A stretch of 64,000 bases of DNA, taken from positions 62,001-126,000 of the forward strand of contig QPGO01000077.1 of NCBI GenBank assembly GCA_008632985.1, written 5' to 3'. Source of the DNA: Psammoneis japonica (taxonomy: Eukaryota). Positions 12,901 through 22,863 of the stretch are shown in pieces. Under the pieces are notes generated by a model. It searched no databases, was not told the origin of the DNA, and saw nothing but the letters and a program-made list of their open reading frames with translations. The translations under genes and the position numbers were made by a program. How positions within the stretch are numbered: position 1 is the stretch's first letter; every line of letters starts with the position of its first letter.

Positions 12901-14543
12901 CGAATCCAAGCCGTGTTCACTTGACTCCTCGACCCATCCCTCGAAAGCTGAAAGATGTTGTGAATGGTCTTGCCTCTCCCGACGAAGAATGGTTTGTTCT
13001 TTGGCAAGTGGTGTTCGTCGCACACAAATTTGCATCCAAGGTTTTTGAACGCGAGTTAGGGTTCGAATCGGTGTGTTCTCTAGAGAAGCTATGCCGGGCA
13101 ACGAATGTAGACATTAATGACGCCGAGCAGGTTGTTGAGACGCAGATGAAGCCTTTTGACTATCCAGAATTGCCGCAAATAATTGTGAGGCGGAGTAAAC
13201 CCCCGCAAGCAACCAGCAAGAAGGCGTCCCAGAAGCCCAACTCGAGCACTGGAGAGGCTACGAAAGTAGACACCAAAGGTGCCAAGGAGGTTGTGGAGAC
13301 GTCGATGAAGCCTTTTGGATATCCAGAATTGCCGCAAATTGTGAGGCGGGGTAAATCCACGAAAGCAACCAGCAAGAAGGCGTCACAGAAGCCCGACTCG
13401 AGCACTGGAGAGGCTACGAAAGTAGACGCCAAGGTGGTTGAGGAGATGTCGATGAAGCCTTTTGGCCATCCAGAATTGCCGCAAATTGTGGGGCGGAGTA
13501 AACCCCCGCAAGCAACCAGCAAGAAGGCGTCACAGAAGCCCAACCCGAGCACTGGAGAGGCTAAGAAAGTAGACACCAAAGATGCCAAGGGGGTTGTGGA
13601 GACGTCAATGAATCCTTTTGACTGTCCAGAATTGCCGCATATTGTGAGGCGGAGTAAACTCCCACAAGCAACCAGCAAGAAGGCGTCACAGAAGCCCGAC
13701 TCGAGCACTGGAGAGGCTACGAAAGTAGACACCAAAGATGCCAAGGGGGTTGTGGAGACGTCGATGAAGCCTTTTGACTGTCCAGAATTGCCGCAAATTG
13801 TGAGGCGGAGTAAACCCCCGCAAGCAACCAGCAAGAAGGCGTCACAGAAGCGCAACTCGAGCACTGAAGAGGCTACGAAAGTAGACACCAAAGACGCCAA
13901 GGAGGTTGTGGAGATGTCGATGAAGCCTTTTGATTGTTCAGAATCGCCACAAATTGTGAGGCGGGGTAAATCCTCGAAAGCAAGCAATAAGGAGAAGTCA
14001 CGGACGCCCAACTCGAGCCCTGGAAAGGCTACAAATAATGTAGACATCAAAGACGCAAAGGAGGTTGTGGAGACGTCGACGAAGTCTTATCACCATCCAG
14101 AATTGCCTCAAATTGTGAGGCGGCGTAAATCCTCGAAGACAAGCATTAAGAAGAAGTCGCAGACACCCAATTCAAGCCCTGGAAAGCCGATGCCGAAAGT
14201 TGTATTGTTTCATGGAATTGTTTGGAAAGCTCTGGAAAGTGTTGGTTGGACGTTGGATCGAGGCAATCGACCGACGGACTTTTGTTACTTTCCACCCGGC
14301 GTTGCTCGCGGCGAAGGATTTAGAAAACGTGAGGATTTCTTTGACAGTGTCAAGCAGGTCATGAACGTTATCGAGACGGATCCTCGATGGAAGGACAAGG
14401 AAGAGGTCGTTGCAGGCTTGAAGATGTTCAGGGCGTGCTCTAAGCTGCAGGATGAGCTCAGGTTCAAGTCGCTTCTCCCCAAAGGTCAAATGACGGTTGA
14501 GTGGTTACTTAGTCAGGTAGAGAACAAAAAGCAATCAGAGTAA
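9982..14543 (+). pseudogene. Large SET-domain-like protein with internal 52-aa repeats; intron 10901-11000; frameshift near 11880
   Basis: SET-like motifs STIPGIGRGAF, MYVNE..H and VELFVDCCDSYE. The splice 10900/11001 is in frame. The frame changes at GHG/NLNEG with no intron signal. C-terminal W..L..VGW...G..PPG..DFFDS motif. The frameshift could be a sequencing error. Confidence 0.6.
13131..14185 (+). repeat. Coding tandem repeat, ~7 units of ~156 bp (VVETSMKPFDxPELPQIVRRSKPPQATSKKASQKPxSSTGEATKVDTKDAKE)
   Basis: Units start at about 13131, 13290, 13437, 13593, 13749, 13905 and 14064. Confidence 0.95.
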
Positions 14544-14561
14544 GTCGCGTTATAATCACAT

Positions 14562-14870
14562 TTATGCGGCAGCAGCAGTTTCCAACGCTGCTTGCATCAT
14601 TTCTACAATGATTGTCTTTGCGTCCTTTCGAACATTTTGCGAGGGGAGCTGGAATTGGTCGCTCGCTCGTGGCATCCTTGTCACGTTGACATACAAGCCT
14701 AAACTATCGGCAGACGCAATGATTGCTGCCGACACATCCATGCCGGGAATGCCATGCGCCTCCATGGCAATAGTCGACTCCATGTGATCCTCATTCACGC
14801 GATTTACAACATGCGAACCAAAAGCAGAATCATCTATGGGAGATTGGAGGTTGTCGCACGTCGTCGGCAA
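14562..14870 (-). pseudogene. Fragment of a DUF2470 (HugZ / GluTR-binding-protein C-terminal-like) domain
   Basis: VVNRVNEDHMESTIAM...AAIIASADSLGLYV...RKDAKTIIVEM resembles the HMNxDH..D.LG motif. No N-terminal domain is present. Confidence 0.45.
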
Positions 14871-15046
14871 TCGGCATGATCGTCAAAAATTGTCTGGAAT
14901 CGCACCGTCGCTCTCAGATTTATTTCATCGCTTACCATGGTTCAGGGGAGAGTCTTACCTCCACAGGATATTTTATTTCTGGCTAGGAATCCTGTCTTTA
15001 CTCTCAAGAGTGTCGATTGCTATTTGTATTGTACATTTTGTAATAG

Positions 15047-16771
15047 TTAGCGCTGACCGTAGTCAGACGCGATACCTGTTTGTCCCTGTCTGGCAGCCTG
15101 AACTTGTGTACCTCCAACGTTGGCTTCTAGGCCCTTGTACTCGCGTTTGCTTAAAAATTCGGAAGCCGCACTCTTGTACTCTGTGAGCTGACCCTTTCCA
15201 GGGAGTGCCGCAAGGTCTACATCGTCGGAAGCAACATTCGTTTTCTTTGATGGCTCGTACTGTCCCGTCACCAACGAGAAGTACGGAGCGTCTTCGTCTC
15301 CTTCCAAAGTGTCAGTAGCGTCTGCAGCCCGATTATCCTTTGCCAAAAAGTCATTATAATCCAGACTGTACGCCGTTGAGCCCCACTCAACATTTCCAAG
15401 AGCCATATCGAGTTCCAAAGGAGTAATCACGGGCACGTGAAAGTCTCGTTCATCGTCTAGCAAACTGTTTTCACCACAAGCGACAAGCACAAAACAATCA
15501 ATCTCGCCAAAATTTGCAAGCTTCGCTCCATTGATTTTGCCTACAGCAAAGGTATAACAGGCTCGTTCTGCAGCTTCAATCAAATTTCGTAGCGACGACA
15601 CCACAGTCTGAAAGTGTCTTTGCGAAAGAGTGCCAACCAAAATTCCAAAGACAGATGCATCGCGGGCTTTCTGAACGAGATAAAACCGACGGTTTAACAG
15701 GCGATTCAATCTTGGTGGTAAATCAGTCTCAAGTTGTCTGGTTGCCGGAGAGTAAGTCCAGTAGTTGGCTGGTGATGGCGGTGACGATATGAATCGTAAC
15801 ATTGTGTTGACATATTGACGACTGCTGCTAGAGGAAGATTCTCCCGGAGATGCGTCACCGATAAACAATAAAGTAACGCTCGAAAGGTCCACGTCTCGTG
15901 GGATGTGCAAGCCCCCGACAGTAAAAGTCTCGCGATCTGCGGTGTATTCTGATGGATCAACTTTGTCTCCCTCAGCTTGTTCCGACTCGTTCTGTTGCTC
16001 CAAAGGTTTCCAGTTCTGATTATTTTGTGCGCAATCACTCTGACAGTTGTTTGACGCTTCTTGACAGCATGGCTTTTTGCTGTCACCATCATTACTTTTC
16101 GTGGCTGTGGCTGGAGTCGGTATCTTTCCGACGATAACGTCGAGACCTCCAACTTCGTGGAGTAATTTCTGTAGCTCTTGCATGGCATGAAAGTATCGCA
16201 CCTCGTAGAGGAGTAGAAATTTGTTGACATTCTGTTCCTCCGCTTTCTCTATTATACATTCCGCACATGTCTTTACATCCAGATCGGTAACACCAAAGCC
16301 ATATAGCACCGGAAGCGACAGGGCCGGACTAAGACACGCATGTCCGTAATGGACCAATACATCGGCTTGCAAATGGAGAGCAGAAATCTCATCGGGACAA
16401 CAAGAGCCAAACGTTGTGTCTCCTAAACAAAACACAAGTGGAGGCGGCGAGTCCTCTTTTGACGACAATGCGCTTTCCATGGCCCAGCACACCTCAGGGC
16501 CGTCCTCCAACAATTCATCCGGTAACTGCAACGCGACTCGACACAAGAAACCATCATGTTCATCACCATTATTTGTTCGGTCCTTTGTTACCTCCAACAC
16601 TTCGTTGCTTAGTCGTTCAATCTCGTAATACTTTTCAACAGGAACGGAGCCCCTAGGTGAAATGATTTGTGCCTTGGATTGTTCAGTGTCGGCAGCTTCC
16701 GTCATGATGCGTGAACCGTCATCAAACATGAGCTGTGGAGGTGCTGCGGCCTTTTGTTGCTCCTTACTCAT
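15047..16771 (-). CDS. DPH2: Diphthamide biosynthesis protein 2
   Basis: RVALQLPDELL, LGDTTFGSCCPDEISALH..ADVLVHYGHACLS, RRFYLVQKARDASVFGILVGTL, GKINGAKLANF, and C-terminal GQTGIASDY. Confidence 0.92.
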   Translation of the reverse strand: MSKEQQKAAAPPQLMFDDGSRIMTEAADTEQSKAQIISPRGSVPVEKYYEIERLSNEVLEVTKDRTNNGDEHDGFLCRVALQLPDELLEDGPEVCWAMESALSSKEDSPPPLVFCLGDTTFGSCCPDEISALHLQADVLVHYGHACLSPALSLPVLYGFGVTDLDVKTCAECIIEKAEEQNVNKFLLLYEVRYFHAMQELQKLLHEVGGLDVIVGKIPTPATATKSNDGDSKKPCCQEASNNCQSDCAQNNQNWKPLEQQNESEQAEGDKVDPSEYTADRETFTVGGLHIPRDVDLSSVTLLFIGDASPGESSSSSSRQYVNTMLRFISSPPSPANYWTYSPATRQLETDLPPRLNRLLNRRFYLVQKARDASVFGILVGTLSQRHFQTVVSSLRNLIEAAERACYTFAVGKINGAKLANFGEIDCFVLVACGENSLLDDERDFHVPVITPLELDMALGNVEWGSTAYSLDYNDFLAKDNRAADATDTLEGDEDAPYFSLVTGQYEPSKKTNVASDDVDLAALPGKGQLTEYKSAASEFLSKREYKGLEANVGGTQVQAARQGQTGIASDYGQR

Positions 16772-17236
16772 CTTGCAAACTCAGATTCTTGCAAGGCATG
16801 TGTTAAAATGAACCTTGAGAAGAGAAAGACTCTAGAGATGGGAGCAGTCTTTCACTCGCCCTAATGGTTGCTATCATTAAAAAGAAGCTTAATGCTTGGT
16901 GCTTGGTGCTGGTTGCTGTTGCGGTACCATACAAGGTGATGGGTGAGTTTTTTGCGTGATGAGTGATGCATGAGATAGATTTCCTACACGCTCCGTGGCG
17001 CGACGGACGGACGCTCATCTCGAGAAACGTCGCGTCTGTCCTCCGACGGCATGAAAAATGACGTCATCCGAAAACCGACAAACGCGACGTGATTTTGGAA
17101 TTTTGAGATTTCAGATTGATGCAGGATGAATCATCATCAATCGAATCCAGAATGCACCTTAACTTCCGTAAAAGTGAAAAAGACAAGAACATAGACGAGA
17201 AAGGAACAAAAAGAAAGTGCAGCCGTGCCGATCGCA

Positions 17237-18154
17237 ATGAGCAACATGAGAGTGTGGGGCGTGATGGCTGCGGTGATGATGACAGGGGCGAGGGTTTCCG
17301 CATTCCAGCTTCATCTCCCTACCACAAGACGCACTACTGGTGTCGAGCTGCCAACCAGGGCGTCCAATATCGCAGTCTTTGCAGCTCCCAAGCAAAATTC
17401 AAAGGAGACGATCCTCGAAGATGACAAAAACGCAGCGACTGCCATGCTTGTGCTGGGCGCATCAGCAGTGTTGTTTGCATCCGATCCAGCCTTTGCATCC
17501 GATACTACTACAATTGCTACAACTACTACCACAACAACCCTGGCCGCTGCCGGTCCCGTGGGTAGTGCTGTCTTTGCCTGGTTGCATTTTTTGGGAATTA
17601 TGGGCGTCGCCGGTGGACTCGTGACGGAACGATTGGTGATTAAAAAAGACATGTCGGTCGACGAAGAAAATATCATCAACGGTGCCGATTTGATTTACGG
17701 ACTAAGTGCATTGTCGTTGCTTATATCAGGCTACTTTCGCGCCACTTCCTTTGCAAAGGGCTGGGACTTTTACAAGAACGAACCCATTTTTTGGATCAAA
17801 ATGAGTGCTGTGGCTGTGTTGGGGGCATTGTCCTTTTTTCCCGCAATTGTCTTTTTTCGACGCGACATGTTGCGCAAAGAAGGCAATACATTACCGCCGT
17901 TGAGTGATGCTCTTGTAGATAGATGTACGACTATCATCAATGCGGAGCTACTGGCTTTACTTACCATTCCGTTCATGGCGAGTTTAATGGCGAGAGGTGT
18001 CCTCTATGTGGATAACTTTCCGTGGACGGTTGGAGCGGGATTGTATGTGATATCGTTGGGAGGAGCTGGGTTCAAATATATCACGGAAGCTTTAGAAATG
18101 ATGGAAGCAGAAGGGGCACTGGTGCCCATTGAATCTAGCAAAGAGAGTGACTAA
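17237..18154 (+). CDS. DUF2214-family membrane protein, probably plastid-targeted
   Basis: AWLHFLG..ERL, ADLIYGLSAL..SGYFRAT.FAKGWDFY..EPIFWIK and MASLMARGV. The N-terminal signal peptide ends in VSA-F (ASAFAP-like). Confidence 0.8.
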   Translation: MSNMRVWGVMAAVMMTGARVSAFQLHLPTTRRTTGVELPTRASNIAVFAAPKQNSKETILEDDKNAATAMLVLGASAVLFASDPAFASDTTTIATTTTTTTLAAAGPVGSAVFAWLHFLGIMGVAGGLVTERLVIKKDMSVDEENIINGADLIYGLSALSLLISGYFRATSFAKGWDFYKNEPIFWIKMSAVAVLGALSFFPAIVFFRRDMLRKEGNTLPPLSDALVDRCTTIINAELLALLTIPFMASLMARGVLYVDNFPWTVGAGLYVISLGGAGFKYITEALEMMEAEGALVPIESSKESD

Positions 18155-18760
18155 GATCGATGAACATGGCATCAGGCAAAGAGACAGTTACGTCACCGTA
18201 GAAATAACAACCCATCATTTAATACAAGGTTCTTGATGGGGTGGTGCTTCCGACTTCTCATCGCTATTGGGTTTCTGCTGTTGCCGTCCGTCGATTGTCT
18301 TCGTTTTGGAGGGAGTTTGCATTTGGTTGTGGGTGCGTGGTCGCGAGGCTCATACGATCGCTCAGTCATCTGTCTTGCACAAGCTTCTGCTTTTCCGACA
18401 AACTCCTGGGGGCTGGGTCGTCTCTCACACTGGCAACATGTTCACCGCACAATCAACATAAGATTACACATCATATCGCATGCTTGCATGTTTCATCGAG
18501 ATGCGTAGACGAAGGGAGCTGAAGAACGCAATGCACAAATACCTCGACCTGCCTCTTAATGCGAGTTCTCACTTTTGTTTTTTCGCGACTTTGAGTCGTG
18601 TCCGAGTCGTGTTCCACTTCTGTCCATCTATTCGCCGCCGTACATACTGTAAATATTTATACCGGCAGTGTAACACGTCTTTTTCGCGAATTTGAGTCGT
18701 GTCCGAGTCGTGATCCATTAGGGTCCAACAACTCGCCACCTTACAAAAACAACTAAACAC

Positions 18761-19942
18761 ATGAGAAACTCTCGCGCTCTCAAGTTCATCGTGAACTATC
18801 TTTTCTTTGCTTCTCTCGCAATCCCCATCATCATTGTTCTCACATTACATCCGGCCAACCTACCCTGGAACCTTCGCCGCTATGATGATTCACTTTGCGT
18901 GGGTACCTGGGAGGAACTTCGAAGCAGAGCCGCGAGCGCAAAGGATCGCGACGTTATCACGATTTGCAATGGGGCATCTCTGAAGATTCCAGATGGACTG
19001 ACAGATCCACCTCACCCATTCATTGACAATCCCTTTGAATTTCTACTTTGTGTGGGCACCTGGGAGGAACTCCGAATCAGCATTGCGAGCGCAACGGAGC
19101 ACGACGTCATCACGATCTGTCAGGGGGCACATCTGAAGGTTCCGAACGGAGAAGGACCAATCAAAGTCAAGGCGATTTCGGGTCTCACGATTCAGTGTTC
19201 CGCCTGTCTGATTACTGGAGGACGGACACAGTTTGAAATTGAAGGAGCGCCCAACATGACTTTCAAGGGTATCGCGTTCAACGACGTTGAAGATACTCAC
19301 GTAAAAGTCAAGTTCCAGTCGGATGCTAGTACTCCAAGAGAAGTGAAATTTCAGGACTGCACATTTATTGGTGACATTAGCAGGGACAGAAACCTTTGTC
19401 CAAAAAATGCCGCCATTGCCTGCGAAGGTGATCGCTTTATTGAATCGTCCGACTTTGGTGAGATTTCAAGGCTTTCGATTGAGAACTCGGATTTTGTACA
19501 CAACATGGTTCATGAGTGTGTCATTTGTAATCGCGGCTGTGCCCTTGAGGTGCAAAGCACGTTATTCAAACACAATTATGCGTTCTTTGATGGATGGAGC
19601 AGTTCTATTATACGGAATTTCAATAGCCTCTGTGACTATGATCTTGTTTGCGGCGCAAAGATGAAGGTTGCCGACTCATGCTTTATTGGCAACACTGGGA
19701 GCCTCTCTCCTGCGTTGTATTTGGATTCCATGGATACTCTCGGAACTTATCCTGATTTGCATGGTAATGCGGGGCAGCACAACTTCCCATGTGACGGATT
19801 CTACTATCACAACTGGTCCTTTTTCGACCGCTCGACAGAGGAACATGGTTTAGAAAGGTCCGTCTTGCCTGCCTGCAAGGAACTCAATACGTCAGAGTGT
19901 GTGCGGTCTGTACCACTTTTTGATTTGGGAAGTTTCGACTAA
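18761..19942 (+). CDS. Hypothetical membrane-anchored protein, probable pectin-lyase-like beta-helix, with an internal ~35-aa duplication
   Basis: N-terminal TM helix, LCVGTWEELR...DVITIC.GA.LK.P.G twice, and beta-helix-like DCTFIG / STLFKHN / DSCFIGN. Confidence 0.6.
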   Translation: MRNSRALKFIVNYLFFASLAIPIIIVLTLHPANLPWNLRRYDDSLCVGTWEELRSRAASAKDRDVITICNGASLKIPDGLTDPPHPFIDNPFEFLLCVGTWEELRISIASATEHDVITICQGAHLKVPNGEGPIKVKAISGLTIQCSACLITGGRTQFEIEGAPNMTFKGIAFNDVEDTHVKVKFQSDASTPREVKFQDCTFIGDISRDRNLCPKNAAIACEGDRFIESSDFGEISRLSIENSDFVHNMVHECVICNRGCALEVQSTLFKHNYAFFDGWSSSIIRNFNSLCDYDLVCGAKMKVADSCFIGNTGSLSPALYLDSMDTLGTYPDLHGNAGQHNFPCDGFYYHNWSFFDRSTEEHGLERSVLPACKELNTSECVRSVPLFDLGSFD

Positions 19943-21651
19943 ACATTTTGACGAAACTAGTATTGAAAATCATGACGGACATTAAAAAAAATAACCTTCA
20001 TTGCAAGCCTTTAGCTTTGTTTTGTAAGCTGTGCGGTTGATCTTCCTCTAGAGTAGAGAGCAACTATAGTAGCAATGCCGTCTACCAGCTCTTCTCTCAT
20101 TAGTTTTCATCCCCAAAAACCTTCATAATCTTCTTTGCCCTTGTTTATTCCAATTCCGTCCAGATTGAGCGACATTCTTTCCATATATAAATAGTAGAGA
20201 GTAGCATGGAGCTGTAAAAAGGTCGGTCCGTGCGCCGCAACTACAAGATTTGGTATTGTCTAGCTCCCTCCGCGATGCAGCCGACGGCGAAGTTTCAAGT
20301 GCGTTGCCAAGTGGTTGGATTGTTCGAGAGAGCCAGGCTAACCTTGGGCATCTGTCGTCATTGTTTTCTTGCAGGTAGCGTGATTGTTGTGCACATGCTC
20401 CATAGCCTGTCTACTCGATATTGAAGATCAGGGTGCCTCCGGGTTGATGGCTGCAACTGATTATACATAGACAAAGAAGTACCAACTAGTCTTTCCGACG
20501 ACAGAAAACGCACTCCATTCTTGGCGCCTTGGCTTCACTACGTCTTGACAATTTCAAGTTGTAGCATGTCAAACGTTGCAGTCGAAATGCGCTGCTTTCC
20601 TGTCCAACCACAAAATGCATTTAAAACCTGCTACATCAATGGCATCTTTTTGAGATGATTCGGATAAACTGTATTTGGAGTCAATCTCGCCACGGTCCTT
20701 TTCAGTGTTGAAGAGGTTTTTCCATGAAACTCTCAAGCTCAGTGCCATCGAGGGCATACACACAGTATGCCGCATGCTTTCAGGCAGCAGCAGCTTGGGT
20801 TGAATGGAGGTCGACGGTTTCCATCGAGTCGGGCGTAATGTCCGAATCAACCGCGGAGCGAACAGGGGAAGGAGGTGCAGGAATATAGCAAAACAACCAA
20901 GAAACTCTTTTGAAATCTCGGTGAGAGGTGAGAGATCCAAAGGTAATTTCTTGGTCACTGAAGCGGCGCCACACCCTTCCACCGCCGTAGTGAGGGAGCC
21001 TAACACTTCGCCGAAAAACGCAATTTGGCGGTTGGTGACAACTGCTCAACAGCATCTTCTGAAGAAACATTGCTCAGCCAACGGAAGGCTGTACTTGAAC
21101 CGCTCAATACTTTAAGAAGAAAAAATAGGTGGGTGAGAAGTTTGCATCAATGTCTACAACACGGCACGACTGGAGCATTCTTGATGAAACGTACCGCGTT
21201 AATGTTCAGAGATGAACGTTTTCTTATGCCTTTTCAAGCGATTCGCTCGGCGAGACAACCTCTCGTTCTCCACTCTCCAATCAATGTCAGAGCTAAAACG
21301 TACGTGCCGGTATGGGCTCATGAGCAAGGAGAAATCAAAGCAACGCCAATACAACGCATGTACATTCCACTTCACAAAGCTTAGAAATTTCATATGGTGA
21401 CATCATCATGATTGCACGCTTCGCTTGCTGTGGGCTCGTTACTTTCTTCACCAGTTGTAGAGTAAGTTTGTCTCAACAAAACAGTTTGACGAAACCGGCG
21501 TTGAAAAAATCATGACGGGCACACAGTGAAAATCTTCATTGGAAGCTTTTCGCTTTGTTTGATAATTGTGCTGGTGGTCTTCCTCTAGAGAGCTAGTTGC
21601 AACGTCGTCCACCGAGACCTTCCCTCCATTCCCTTTAAAGCTCCATAATCC

Positions 21652-22620
21652 TCATTGCCCTCTTTCATTGTGGTTCCGACCAGATTGAGCGACATTACTT
21701 CCATAACTTTTGCGTTGAGTAGCAAGATAGGCACCGGTTCCTTTCCATCCCTCGTTGGCAATCACTCCACAATACACATTCAAGCCAAACCACTGGTTGT
21801 CTGCCAGCCAAACATCAATGGGCCCTACAACTGGTAGATGTTCCAGCAACGTGGTTGCCGCCGTACTCGTAATGGCATAGGCGTGCGTTTGAAAGCCATA
21901 GGTGGGTCGAAAGAGCTTCACCTCCAACGGAGTTGTTTCTATTGCTTCGGTTGATTCTTTCGTTTCTTTTGTAGTGCCCTTCATATCGATTGGTATTCGT
22001 TCTCCACGGTCAGAGAATCCCAGATAAAATATTCCCCAATCCTCCGGTAGAGCAGTCCACAGTTTGGAGAATGCCTCCAAGAAACGATTGGAAGACTCGT
22101 CGAGTTGCCGTCTGTTTCTTCTCCACGACAAAGAGCCGCTGTCTCGTTGTTGTCTCTTGCCAGAATAAAATTCAACATCGTCTTCTAGAATCAACATGGT
22201 TGCGGGTTTTGTTGTGGATGATTCCACCAATTCTCTCCACAAGGCAACATGAGATAGCGCACAGCCAATTTCTCCGGGAGTCAATTGTTTGATTCCGGCT
22301 TTTACATGACGATCCCACAAGGCATTTTGACTCGAGTCCCATTCCAAAGCAACGTCGTTCGTCCATTCTGAGGATTCGATCATTTCTTTGCTCCCATCCA
22401 TGGCATTGAATCGTTTTACTTTTTGTTGAAACCCGACACCAACTTGTTGTTTTGCGTGACGCTGAAAGTTTCGCCACTTGTCGGGACGTTGTTTGAGATT
22501 GATGCACGACATTCCATCAAACGCGTTGCAGAATTGAGACTCCAAATCATTAATGCTACTGGACTCATGTTGAAGCCGTCGATGTGGTGGAATGTAGCGG
22601 TTGTTGCTGGACGACGCCAT
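21652..22620 (-). CDS. Glycosyltransferase family 25 protein
   Basis: CINLKQRPDKW, RFNAMDG, LTPGEIGCALSHVALW, LILEDDV, DWGIFYLG, QTHAYAIT and GPIDVWL. Confidence 0.88.
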   Translation of the reverse strand: MASSSNNRYIPPHRRLQHESSSINDLESQFCNAFDGMSCINLKQRPDKWRNFQRHAKQQVGVGFQQKVKRFNAMDGSKEMIESSEWTNDVALEWDSSQNALWDRHVKAGIKQLTPGEIGCALSHVALWRELVESSTTKPATMLILEDDVEFYSGKRQQRDSGSLSWRRNRRQLDESSNRFLEAFSKLWTALPEDWGIFYLGFSDRGERIPIDMKGTTKETKESTEAIETTPLEVKLFRPTYGFQTHAYAITSTAATTLLEHLPVVGPIDVWLADNQWFGLNVYCGVIANEGWKGTGAYLATQRKSYGSNVAQSGRNHNERGQ

Positions 22621-22863
22621 GGTTTCAGGTTGGTGGTCGTTGTGATGTGTTTGGGTAAATGAATTGAGAATGTCGAGTGTCGGAGGGAGCTTTTTAGCAT
22701 TCGCATGCGGAGCTCGTCGTTTTTGCGCACACCGTACAGACCTTTTTTTATGATTCAATCGACTCAAAAATGGTGGTGCGACAGCGAACAGCGAACTTCA
22801 ACTTTCGACATTCGCCACAGCCAATGACGAACGGCAGCAACAAACAACAACGAAAACCACATC

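Noticed and set aside
13160..14050. 296-aa antisense ORF (likewise 22798-23754 and 6393-6839)
   Set aside because: These are shadows of real plus-strand coding sequence or repeats.
18590..18712. 22-bp repeat TTTGAGTCGTGTCCGAGTCGTG, twice, upstream of 18761
   Set aside because: The repeat is real, but there is no evidence of function.
20200..21480. Short ORFs between the beta-helix gene and GT25
   Set aside because: No recognisable motifs or consistent exon structure.
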